Source: Candidatus Hadarchaeum sp. (GTDB taxonomy: Archaea; Hadarchaeota; Hadarchaeia; Hadarchaeales; Hadarchaeaceae). Taken from it: DNA of 64,000 nucleotides. The stretch is from contig NZ_JAVZIN010000005.1 of assembly GCF_038871235.1 (NCBI RefSeq), forward strand, positions 32,001 through 96,000, written 5' to 3'. Both the position numbers and the translations under genes were made by a program. Under the pieces are notes generated by a model. It did no database searches. It was not told the origin of the DNA and saw nothing but the letters and a program-made list of their open reading frames with translations. Below, piece after piece: positions 1 to 8,518 of the stretch; position 1 is the first letter of the stretch; each line of letters begins with the position of its first letter.

Positions 1-31
1 ATGCTCGGATTGTCCTTGGAGAGGGCAAGTA

Positions 32-1345
32 ATGTCAGCCGAGCTCAAACCACTCTTTGAACCTAAATCGATATTTCTAGTTGGAGCTTCAGAACTAACC
101 GGGGAAGAAAAGATTTTCTCGGAACTGTTTCATTCGCTGGTGCAAAATATCTCCAGCTACAAAAAGGGAAAGGTTTTCCTAGTTGACCTCAGCGGTAGGG
201 TCCAGAGCTGTTACAAAAGCGTGAGCAAAATCAAGGTTGGTTTGGACTTGGCTGTTGCCGTGCTGCCTGAGAAATTACTGGCTAGAAACCTGCATAAATT
301 ACTTTCAAGGCAGCCGAAATTCCTAGTAATAGTAGCAAGCAAAGTAGGGGAAGAATTGGCAAAAAAGACGAGAAAAAAAACATTAATCATCGGACCGGAA
401 TCAATTGGGGTGATCAACACAAAAAATGGCTTAATCGCCGTCCCGGGAAGGTGGCAGATTTTCAGCGGGGATGTTGCTTTTATTTCACAGGATAGTTGCA
501 TCGCTGGGAATGTGCTTAGTCTAGCAACGACCACGGGAATCGGCAAATTGGTTAACGTGGATGAAAATTTTGGGATTGATGAATCGGACATCCTGACCTA
601 CCTCTCAAAGGATAAAGAAACCAAGTGCATTTGCGTTTACTTAAAAAAAGTCAGGGACGGTCGGAAGTTCATAAGGGCCTTGTCTGAAACCGTCCCAGAA
701 AAGCCCGTGATAGTTCTCAGCGGGTCAGTTGCTGGTGCAGAAATACTAGAGGCCGCGGTGAAGCAGGCGGGTGGAATCATCGTCCGCGACATCAGGGAGA
801 TGCTGAACGGAGCTGCCGCGCTGGTAAGACAGCCATCCCTTCATGGAGAGAAAGTCGCCGTCATCACCAACGCCTCCGGGCCCGCGGAACTTTTTGAAAC
901 ACACCTCTCGAGAAAAAACATGGTGCTGGCCAAACCGTCCCCAGAAACTGTAGAAAAAATACGAAAACAACACCCGCAGGCCGAAATATCAAATTTTATC
1001 GATCTGGGAAAAATGGCAGATGGTGATGTATACAAACGCGTTGCTGAACTGTTGCTCTCAGACGAAGAGGTAGATGGAATAGTGATGATAAATTCAATGA
1101 AACTCACCAGCTTCGGCCTCGAGGATCTTCGAAAAATCGCGGAGATCGCTAAAAAAATTAAAGAAAAGCCCTTAGTTAACGTTGCGCTCTGTGCCAATGA
1201 CAATGCCGCCTTCAAGGAGATTGTATCCGAATCTACGTTGCCAATTTACTCCCAAGTCGAAGAAGCTGCGGAAGCCATAGATATTCTAAGGTGCTGGGGA
1301 AAATTGCTCAGAAAAACTCCAACCTACTTGAACTCACCTAGGTAA
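32..1345 (+). CDS. Acyl-CoA synthetase (NDP-forming) alpha-subunit-like protein, apparently degenerate
   Basis: N-terminal LFEPKSIFLVGAS CoA-binding start, IIGPESIGVIN, ISQDS, DGRKFIRAL, VAVITNASGP, NFIDLG. The usual GxxAAxSHTG phospho-His loop is missing after KPVIVL. Confidence 0.75.
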   Translation: MSAELKPLFEPKSIFLVGASELTGEEKIFSELFHSLVQNISSYKKGKVFLVDLSGRVQSCYKSVSKIKVGLDLAVAVLPEKLLARNLHKLLSRQPKFLVIVASKVGEELAKKTRKKTLIIGPESIGVINTKNGLIAVPGRWQIFSGDVAFISQDSCIAGNVLSLATTTGIGKLVNVDENFGIDESDILTYLSKDKETKCICVYLKKVRDGRKFIRALSETVPEKPVIVLSGSVAGAEILEAAVKQAGGIIVRDIREMLNGAAALVRQPSLHGEKVAVITNASGPAELFETHLSRKNMVLAKPSPETVEKIRKQHPQAEISNFIDLGKMADGDVYKRVAELLLSDEEVDGIVMINSMKLTSFGLEDLRKIAEIAKKIKEKPLVNVALCANDNAAFKEIVSESTLPIYSQVEEAAEAIDILRCWGKLLRKTPTYLNSPR

Positions 1346-2662
1346 AAATTGGCCGTAGCCAGTTGACTGAACAACCTCTCCGCCTTGGGCAATTATCGCG
1401 CCTCTCAATATCGTCATAACGGGGATTCCCTTGACCTTCATGCCCTCAAAGGGAGTCCAACCCACCTTATAATGGAGCCTATCCGCTGAAATTTTGGTCT
1501 CACTTTTAAGATCCAGAACAGTCAGGTCAGCATCGGCGCCCTCCTGAATGGCTCCTTTACGGGGATAGAGGCCGAACAGCACTGCCGGCTTGGTGCACAT
1601 GCAACTGACCAGCTGCTCCAGAGTAAGCCTGCCCTTGGAAACGCCCTCACTGAGCATTATGGGCAAAAGGGTTTCAACCCCGGGAACTCCTGCAGGTGCC
1701 TCCCAAATGTCGACCCAACCCTTTTCCTTCTCCTCTTTGAGAGCAGGCGCATGATCTGTAGAAACGATATCTATAACTCCTTCTCTAAGTGCCTGCCAAA
1801 GCGCGGCCCGATCTCTATCCGATTTAATGGATGGATTCACCTTCAGATAGGGTCCCAATCTTTCCATATCCTCTGTGGTGAAAATTAAGAAATGAGGACA
1901 GGTCTCAGCGCTTACATGTACCCTTCTCTCCCTCGCCTTTTTAACGGCTTCACAGCCCTCACGCGTGGTGACATGGGCGATATGCGTCCAGCATTCCGTC
2001 CTTTCAGCTGATTTGAGGACCTTCTTTACCGCCTTTTCCTCCGCCTCGTTTGTGCGCGAAATAGCGTGGGCCAGAGGATCTTTTCTCTTTCTCAAGGACC
2101 TTAGGTTCTTGCCAAGGACCTTCTGGTCCTCCGCATGTATGATCGTTACCCCGCCGATCGCTTTAACATAACACATCAACTCTTCGATGTAATCATAAGT
2201 CATCTGGTAGGGCTCGCAGGTAAACGCCTTAAATGACTTTATACCAAAGGAGCTGATCTCTGGAACTTTCTTTATCGATTCCGAACTCATGTTACCCGCG
2301 TGTAAGGAAAAATCGGTGACGCTTGTCTTGCAGCCTAAATCAATGGCTTCCCCTATGCTAGAGCCGGAAACAACGGGTGTGTCTAACGGCATGACAATTA
2401 CCGTTGTCACACCTCCGGCTGCGGCTGCAGAACTACCGCTGGCGAAATCCTCGCGATTCATAAACTTTTTGTCATAAAAATGAACGTGGGAATCAATCAC
2501 TCCTGGTATTATTACCTTGCCCCTGACGTCTATCTCCTCATCTCCTTTGGGAAGACCGCTAACGGCAATTCTGCATATCCTTCCATTTTCAACTGAAATC
2601 TCGCCCTCCACCATGCCCTCAGGCAGAACTATTCTTCCGTTACGAAGGACTAAATCACTCAA
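1334..2662 (-). CDS. Cyclic amidohydrolase (allantoinase/hydantoinase-like, dihydroorotase superfamily)
   Basis: PGVIDSHVHF, AAAGGVTT, FKAF, IHAED, HIAHV, ETCPHFL, TDHAP, GADADL. Lacks the DHOase HxHxR Arg and MPN Asn. Start trimmed to TTG at 2662. Confidence 0.85.
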   Translation of the reverse strand: MSDLVLRNGRIVLPEGMVEGEISVENGRICRIAVSGLPKGDEEIDVRGKVIIPGVIDSHVHFYDKKFMNREDFASGSSAAAAGGVTTVIVMPLDTPVVSGSSIGEAIDLGCKTSVTDFSLHAGNMSSESIKKVPEISSFGIKSFKAFTCEPYQMTYDYIEELMCYVKAIGGVTIIHAEDQKVLGKNLRSLRKRKDPLAHAISRTNEAEEKAVKKVLKSAERTECWTHIAHVTTREGCEAVKKARERRVHVSAETCPHFLIFTTEDMERLGPYLKVNPSIKSDRDRAALWQALREGVIDIVSTDHAPALKEEKEKGWVDIWEAPAGVPGVETLLPIMLSEGVSKGRLTLEQLVSCMCTKPAVLFGLYPRKGAIQEGADADLTVLDLKSETKISADRLHYKVGWTPFEGMKVKGIPVMTILRGAIIAQGGEVVQSTGYGQFLPR

Positions 2663-2684
2663 AAAAATACACCCCAGACAAAAA

Positions 2685-2897
2685 TTATTTGGGTATGGCC
2701 GCAACAGCCGCTCTTATATCCTCTTTACTTAATGTCTTAGCCCCACGATGATCCCTGAGCTTTACGGCCTCCCTAGCCACCCTCAGCGCGTAATCCTCAA
2801 GGACGACACTCAACTCTAGGGCGGCGTCCCGCGAAACGCGAACCTTAGCTGCCCTCTTGATCAGCTTAATCATGGTAGCTATCAAAAACTCCGGCAT
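2685..2897 (-). CDS. Archaeal histone (HMf-like), divergent variant
   Basis: 70 aa with histone-fold motifs RVSRDA, AREAVKL, HRGAKTL, EDI. Confidence 0.85.
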   Translation of the reverse strand: MPEFLIATMIKLIKRAAKVRVSRDAALELSVVLEDYALRVAREAVKLRDHRGAKTLSKEDIRAAVAAIPK

Positions 2898-2990
2898 TTT
2901 CTCTTAAATCAGTGGAACATTCTGATATTTTAACCTGTTGTCTATTCACTAAGGTTTAAACCTACCACAACCATTTCACTAAGGGGTTGA

Positions 2991-4337
2991 ATGGTCGAAC
3001 TTTTGATAAAAAATGGTCTTATTGTAACGATGGATAAAGATCGAAGAATCATTGCCGAGGGCTCCATAGCTATTGATGAGGGCCGGATTGTCTCCGTCAA
3101 AAAAGGCTCAACTACAAAGAGCAAACCTGAGGAGATGATAGACGCCAGAGGAAAAATCGTCATGCCGGGGCTCATTTGCTCACACACCCACCTTTACGGG
3201 ATGCTGCTCCGGGCTGCCCCGCTCAGGATAGAGCCGCCAACCGATTTTTCACAAATACTTCAGCGAGTCTGGTGGCCTATGGACGAAGCCATGACTAAGG
3301 AGGACGCCTACGCTAGCGCTCTAATCTCCTGTCTCGAGTTCATAAAAACCGGGACCACGTTGTTTGCCGACACCTTTTCGGGCCCCAATGCCCTTCCCGG
3401 GGTCCTCGACAGAATTTCAGCTGCTGTGGAGCAGTCGGGTATGCGAGGCATCATCTCATTTGAAGCCACAGAAAGACACACTCACGCCGAGGGGGCAAGA
3501 GGAACCAAGGAAAACGAACGATTCATCCTGAAGGCAAAGAAGGAAAGGAAGCACCGAGTTCATGGGATGTTCAGCATCCATGCCTCTTTCACCGTATCCG
3601 ATGAGCTTTTCAGATACGTCAGAGAGCTGGCCAGTCGCTACAAAGTTCCGCTGACAATCCACGTCTCTGAGGGACTATGTGATCTATATCACAACTACGA
3701 GCGCTACGGAAAGCGAACAGTTGAAAGGCTCCAAGATGCGGAAGTTCTCGGCCCTGATGTCGTGCTGGCGCACTGTGTGCATGTCAACGATGAAGAACTG
3801 GCTATAATCAAGAAGACCGGGGCCAAGGTAGCCCACAATCCCATGAGCAACATGTTAAATGCGGTGGGCGTAGCGCCAGTGGTTAAGATGCTGAACATGG
3901 GAATTTCAGTTGGCCTAGGAAACGACGGTTATATTTTTGACGGCTTCGAAAATATTCGTGCGGCTTTCCTTTTGCATAAAATTGGGCTCAGAGACCCCCG
4001 GGCGATATCCGCCATGGAGGCTCTGGAGATGGCCACCATCAAAGGTGCGGAACTTTACGGACTTGAAAACGAGCTCGGCTCCATCGAACCTGGAAAACTG
4101 GCTGACTTAATTATCGTTAACCCCAAAAGAGCACCAACGCCTATTGTCCCTGAAAGCGTGATCGGACATCTGGTCAACACTGCCAGCGGTAATGACGTCG
4201 AAACGGTAATAGTTGGTGGAAACATACTTATGCGGGACAGAAAGATGCTATCGATGGAAGAGGAGGAAGTAATCAAGACCTCGAGAAAATCCGCCGAGAA
4301 GCTCTGGCAAAAGTTGGGAGCTATAAAAAAGAGATGA
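2991..4337 (+). CDS. SsnA-like metal-dependent aminohydrolase
   Basis: MPGLICSHTHLY, WWPMDEAM, HASFTVSD, IHVSEG, AHCVH, HNPMSNMLNAVG, LGNDG. Confidence 0.85.
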   Translation: MVELLIKNGLIVTMDKDRRIIAEGSIAIDEGRIVSVKKGSTTKSKPEEMIDARGKIVMPGLICSHTHLYGMLLRAAPLRIEPPTDFSQILQRVWWPMDEAMTKEDAYASALISCLEFIKTGTTLFADTFSGPNALPGVLDRISAAVEQSGMRGIISFEATERHTHAEGARGTKENERFILKAKKERKHRVHGMFSIHASFTVSDELFRYVRELASRYKVPLTIHVSEGLCDLYHNYERYGKRTVERLQDAEVLGPDVVLAHCVHVNDEELAIIKKTGAKVAHNPMSNMLNAVGVAPVVKMLNMGISVGLGNDGYIFDGFENIRAAFLLHKIGLRDPRAISAMEALEMATIKGAELYGLENELGSIEPGKLADLIIVNPKRAPTPIVPESVIGHLVNTASGNDVETVIVGGNILMRDRKMLSMEEEEVIKTSRKSAEKLWQKLGAIKKR

Positions 4338-4341
4338 TAAA

Positions 4342-5430
4342 ATGGTGGATCTCTCCGTTGAAATTTGTGGATTGAAATTCAAGAACCCAATAATGCCCGC
4401 AGCCGGGCCAACCGTCCGTGACGCTGACAGCATGCTCAAAGCTGTGGAAGGAGGAGCTGGCGGCCTTGTTGCCAAAACTATCAGCGTTACTCCAGCCCAA
4501 GTACCACGCCCTTGTATTGTAAAGATAAAAGACAGCATTCTAAATGCCGAGCTCTGGTCCGACCTTCCAGTGGAACAGTGGTTGAAAGTTGAATACAAAA
4601 AGGCCAAACAGGCGGGTGTCCCGCTGATAGCGAGCATCGGTTATAAGGCCGATGAAATCAGAGAACTCGCGCCCAAGGTAGCCGCGGCAGGTGTAGACGC
4701 GCTGGAAATTTCTACCCACTACTTGGGAAACGACCCCACCCCAATAGCCGAGGCCACAAAAGCCGCCAAGGAAGTAGTTGACATTCCTGTGTTCGTCAAA
4801 CTCAGCCCAAACGTGCTTGACATCAGCCAGTTTGCCAAGGCTGTTGAAAAGGCAGGCGGGGATGGCATCGTTGCAATAAACACTTTGGGTCCATGCCTCG
4901 CCATTGAGATAGAAAATGCCATGCCCATGCTCGGAAGCGCCCACGGCTATGGCTGGCTCTCAGGACAGGCCATAAAACCCCTAGCGGTTCGGTGCGTGGC
5001 CGACATTGCCCGCGCGGTCAAGATACCGGTAATCGGTGTGGGTGGAATTACTACTGGAAGGGATGCCATTGAGTTCATCATGGCCGGAGCCTCTGCCGTT
5101 CAGTTATCAACCGCGGCTATTATCCGGGGACATAAAATATACGGCATAATTGCCGATGAAATGGCCAAGTTCATGAAGGCAAAAGGATACAACACCATAA
5201 ATGAGATCAAGGGTATGGCACTTCGACATCTTCCGGATCAACCATTGCGTGTAACACCAAAGCCAGTCGAGGTCATTGCCTCAAAATGCACGGCCTGCGG
5301 GCTCTGTGAAAGACACTGTCCCTACAACGCCATCAGGGTCATTGGTAGGGTGGCAAAGGTTGACGCCGCTAGGTGTTATGAATGCGGCCTATGTGTATCC
5401 GTTTGTCCCACTAGAGCCATTAGATATTAA
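4342..5430 (+). CDS. Dihydropyrimidine/dihydroorotate dehydrogenase family flavoprotein (PreA-like) with C-terminal 2x[4Fe-4S] domain
   Basis: FKNPIMPAAGP, VAKT, PVFVKLSPN, AINT, GWLSGQAIKP, IGVGGI; CTACGLCERHCP and CYECGLCVSVCP. Confidence 0.85.
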   Translation: MVDLSVEICGLKFKNPIMPAAGPTVRDADSMLKAVEGGAGGLVAKTISVTPAQVPRPCIVKIKDSILNAELWSDLPVEQWLKVEYKKAKQAGVPLIASIGYKADEIRELAPKVAAAGVDALEISTHYLGNDPTPIAEATKAAKEVVDIPVFVKLSPNVLDISQFAKAVEKAGGDGIVAINTLGPCLAIEIENAMPMLGSAHGYGWLSGQAIKPLAVRCVADIARAVKIPVIGVGGITTGRDAIEFIMAGASAVQLSTAAIIRGHKIYGIIADEMAKFMKAKGYNTINEIKGMALRHLPDQPLRVTPKPVEVIASKCTACGLCERHCPYNAIRVIGRVAKVDAARCYECGLCVSVCPTRAIRY

Positions 5431-5455
5431 GACCATCGCCTTGGGTGGTAGAATC

Positions 5456-5986
5456 ATGGAAGAAGTTATTCTGTGGACACTGCTGATTTTCTTGGCTCGG
5501 CTGACGGATGTCTCAATGGGAACCATGCGCACTATTCTCATAATCAGGGGTAGACGAGGAATAGCGGCTTTTTCAGCTTTTTTTGAGATAATGGTCTGGG
5601 TGCTGGCAGTTAGCCGGGTAATAACTCAACTTGATCGCTGGTATTACATCGTTGCCTTTGCCTTTGGCTTTGCCTGCGGAAATTATCTCGGCAGTTATCT
5701 GGAGGATAAAATCGCGATGGGTTATTGCTTCGCCTATGTTGTCCCCAACCAAAAACGAACAAAACTGGCAGATATTCTCAGGAAAAATGGTTTTGGCGTG
5801 ACGGTATTAAAAGGAGAGGGACTAAAAGGAACTGAATTTGTCTACAACATAGTTCTGAGGAGAAGGGACACCCATCGATTTATAAAAACTCTTGAAGCCA
5901 ACGACAAAAAGGCCTTTTATACCATAATGGACATCCATGCCTTGCATGGCGGATATATGCGACGGGCCACCAAAAGAAAGATTTAA
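5456..5986 (+). CDS. DUF2179/DUF5698-type membrane protein
   Basis: IFLARLTDVSMGTMR, FFEIMVWV, GFACGNYLG, GFGVT, KAFYTI. Start trimmed to ATG 5456 behind a GGTGG RBS. Confidence 0.8.
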   Translation: MEEVILWTLLIFLARLTDVSMGTMRTILIIRGRRGIAAFSAFFEIMVWVLAVSRVITQLDRWYYIVAFAFGFACGNYLGSYLEDKIAMGYCFAYVVPNQKRTKLADILRKNGFGVTVLKGEGLKGTEFVYNIVLRRRDTHRFIKTLEANDKKAFYTIMDIHALHGGYMRRATKRKI

Positions 5987-6019
5987 TTAAATAACCAATC
6001 AAGAACTAAATTCGAACCT

Positions 6020-6817
6020 ATGTCCGAGAATATTTTCAAGAAGATTAATGAACTTTTAGAAAAGGGCGAAACCTTCGCGATCGTGACTATAGTCAGGACT
6101 GAAGGATCCACGCCGAGAAAGGCTGGAGCCAAGATGATCGTCATGCCAGATGGTGGAACCTTTGGAACCATCGGTGGTGACTGTGTGGAAGCAGGAGCGG
6201 TGGCCGAGGCCCTCGAGGCCCTAAAGGAGGGCAAGCCGAAAACATTTACCGTGGCATTAAAGGAGGAAGAACTAGGTGGCATTGGGATGAAGTGCGGTGG
6301 AATGGTTGAGGTGTACATAGAGGTCATCAATCCCGCACCAAGGCTTTTGATCATCGGCGGGGGAAACATTGGAACACAGCTGGCAAAGCTAGGCCATGAT
6401 GTCGGCTTCGCTGTTACTGTTGTCGACCCAGCTGCAAAAAAGGAAAACTTTCCTGAATATGTTGAGGTCGTGCCCGAGCCTGTAGAGAAGGGAATAAAAA
6501 TGACTTCGATCACTCCTCAGACCTACATCGTCATCGCCACCGGACACAAATACGATGAAGATGCGCTTAAAGCCGCGATCAACACTAACGCGGCTTACAT
6601 CGGGATGGTCGGAAGCAAAAGAAAAGCCGCTGTAACTCTTAAAAAATTAATTGAAGAAGGTATGCCTGAAGAAAAAGTTAAAATGGTGCATACGCCGGTG
6701 GGTCTAGACATCGGCGCTGAGACCCCTGAGGAAATTGCCATCAGCATAATGGCAGAAATAATAAAGGAGCGTCGAAAACCCAACGCCTCCGGCAACAGTC
6801 TTAAAATTTCCATTTAA
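6020..6817 (+). CDS. xdhC: XdhC/CoxI Mo-hydroxylase accessory (maturation) factor
   Basis: GSTPRKAGAKM, GTIGG, GMKCGG, YIGMVGSKRK, PVGLDIGAETPEEIAISI. Confidence 0.93.
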   Translation: MSENIFKKINELLEKGETFAIVTIVRTEGSTPRKAGAKMIVMPDGGTFGTIGGDCVEAGAVAEALEALKEGKPKTFTVALKEEELGGIGMKCGGMVEVYIEVINPAPRLLIIGGGNIGTQLAKLGHDVGFAVTVVDPAAKKENFPEYVEVVPEPVEKGIKMTSITPQTYIVIATGHKYDEDALKAAINTNAAYIGMVGSKRKAAVTLKKLIEEGMPEEKVKMVHTPVGLDIGAETPEEIAISIMAEIIKERRKPNASGNSLKISI

Positions 6818-7373
6818 AAGCTTCAAGACCCTCAGGGGTGTCGATATCGGTAATTGCCCATTCTCCTGATTCTAAGGTTCTGAGATCTTCTTTGTGCCTA
6901 TGAATGACATCTCTCAGAAACTGATCTTTACCTAGGCCCAAGATTTCATCAAATAAGCTCCTATCAAACAAGACGGGGTGTCCTTTCTTACCTTTGACGA
7001 CTGGACAAACTACCTTGGCACCGTTTTTCCAAACCTCTATCGCCTTTTTCAAGAAGTCAACCTCGACCAATGGTTGATCTCCCAAGGCCACAAAAACGGC
7101 ATCGAAGTCTTTCAGCATTTTTAATCCTTCTTTAACCGAGGTCACCATACCATCCAGATAGTTAACGTTAACCGTCCACTTCACATCCAACCTCCTCAGA
7201 AGAGGTATGAGTAGTTCAGGTCTGTGCCCCAGTACGACCACGATTTCATCCACAACCTTTTTGAAGGAGTCTATCACCCACTCCAGCATCGGCCGTCCCT
7301 TTATCTCAAGAAGTAGCTTCTGAGTCCCCATCCGTCTTGACTCGCCTGCACCAAGAATAACAGCACCGATCAC
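6801..7373 (-). CDS. mocA: Molybdenum cofactor cytidylyltransferase-like nucleotidyltransferase
   Basis: ILGAGESRRMG, KLLL, LGDQP, GHPVLF, DIDTPE; adjacent to xdhC. Confidence 0.85.
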   Translation of the reverse strand: MIGAVILGAGESRRMGTQKLLLEIKGRPMLEWVIDSFKKVVDEIVVVLGHRPELLIPLLRRLDVKWTVNVNYLDGMVTSVKEGLKMLKDFDAVFVALGDQPLVEVDFLKKAIEVWKNGAKVVCPVVKGKKGHPVLFDRSLFDEILGLGKDQFLRDVIHRHKEDLRTLESGEWAITDIDTPEGLEAFKWKF

Positions 7374-7472
7374 AATATCTCATCTAATGGGACCTAATTA
7401 AAACCCTGCGCGCCAATGAGCGAAAACAAAATATTATTAAAAAAAGAGTTGATGAAAGTATGAGAATCTAAG

Positions 7473-7889
7473 ATGATTGACTTAAAAATGACCCACCTGA
7501 CCAAAAAACAATTCGAGATTCTTAAGCGGAGAATAGCCGGTAAAAGCCTCAGCGAGATCGCCAAAGAGTTGCACACGAGCAGGGCCAACGTCAGCTCCAT
7601 AGCCAAAACAGCCGAGGAAAACGTAAGGAAATCCAAAAACACTTTGAAGCTGATTGAAATGATAGACTGGCCTATAAAAATAGAAGCCAAAGCCGGGTCA
7701 AATGTATACGAAATTTCTGAAAAAGTTTTTCATGAGGCCGATCTAAGGAAAATCAAGATTGCCCACGATTACTCTGAAATCGTAAGGATGATAACCAAGG
7801 TACTCGGGACAGCGGGGCTCAGGCGCAGGAAAGCCCTGAAAGACTTCATCATTTTCGTCAGTGGTGATGGCCGGGTTGAGGTCCTTTAA
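7473..7889 (+). CDS. Tfx-family DNA-binding protein
   Basis: THLTKKQFEIL...G.SLSEIAKELHTSRANVS HTH, followed by the Tfx C-terminal pattern. Confidence 0.85.
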   Translation: MIDLKMTHLTKKQFEILKRRIAGKSLSEIAKELHTSRANVSSIAKTAEENVRKSKNTLKLIEMIDWPIKIEAKAGSNVYEISEKVFHEADLRKIKIAHDYSEIVRMITKVLGTAGLRRRKALKDFIIFVSGDGRVEVL

Positions 7890-7941
7890 AGAGTCGCTTT
7901 ATGACAACTCTCCCCTCGGACAAAATTTACTCTAAAATTGC

Positions 7942-8397
7942 TCAAAATCTCCGGCTGCCACCGTAGTGGCCACGGCTCCGGTAGTCACGTCTCGGTCTAA
8001 ACGGCCTGCGCTCCTGCTGATGCTCCGTCGCGCTGAGATCCACCTCAGTGTTAACGTCCTTTATTTCCTGACCCGTCTTCGTCATCTTTCCATATTTACC
8101 TATATTGAGGCGCATATGGCCCTGCACCAGAGAGACATAGCCGTTTTCTATCGACAGAACATCTCCTTCACATACCGATCCTATTTGCTCCTGCCAAAGC
8201 GAAAGTAAAATCGTGCCCGTCTCGTCCCCCACGCGAGCGTCGGCCACCTTTTTCGGCTCTCCACCGAATCTATCTGGTATCTCCTTGGGCTCCCCGATGC
8301 TCATCACTTTAACCGTGAGATTTACTCGCCTTGATTGCGGCGTGAGATCCTTCACCTTCACCGTTTGTGCCGAAGGACTTTCCCTCGATATTTCCAT
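7942..8397 (-). CDS. ssb: Single-OB-fold ssDNA-binding protein with Arg/Gly-rich tail
   Basis: KVKDL, VNLTVKV, VGDETGTILLSLW, IENGYV, LNIGKYG. Confidence 0.88.
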   Translation of the reverse strand: MEISRESPSAQTVKVKDLTPQSRRVNLTVKVMSIGEPKEIPDRFGGEPKKVADARVGDETGTILLSLWQEQIGSVCEGDVLSIENGYVSLVQGHMRLNIGKYGKMTKTGQEIKDVNTEVDLSATEHQQERRPFRPRRDYRSRGHYGGSRRF

Positions 8398-8518
8398 CTA
8401 TATGCCCGACTCCCCCTATGGCTTCCAAGTATAAATAGCGAGTTGGTGGTGAAAGTTTAACCTGTAAACCTCAAAATCGTTTTTATACCTCCAGATTAGT
8501 TTAAGATAAGTTGATAAT

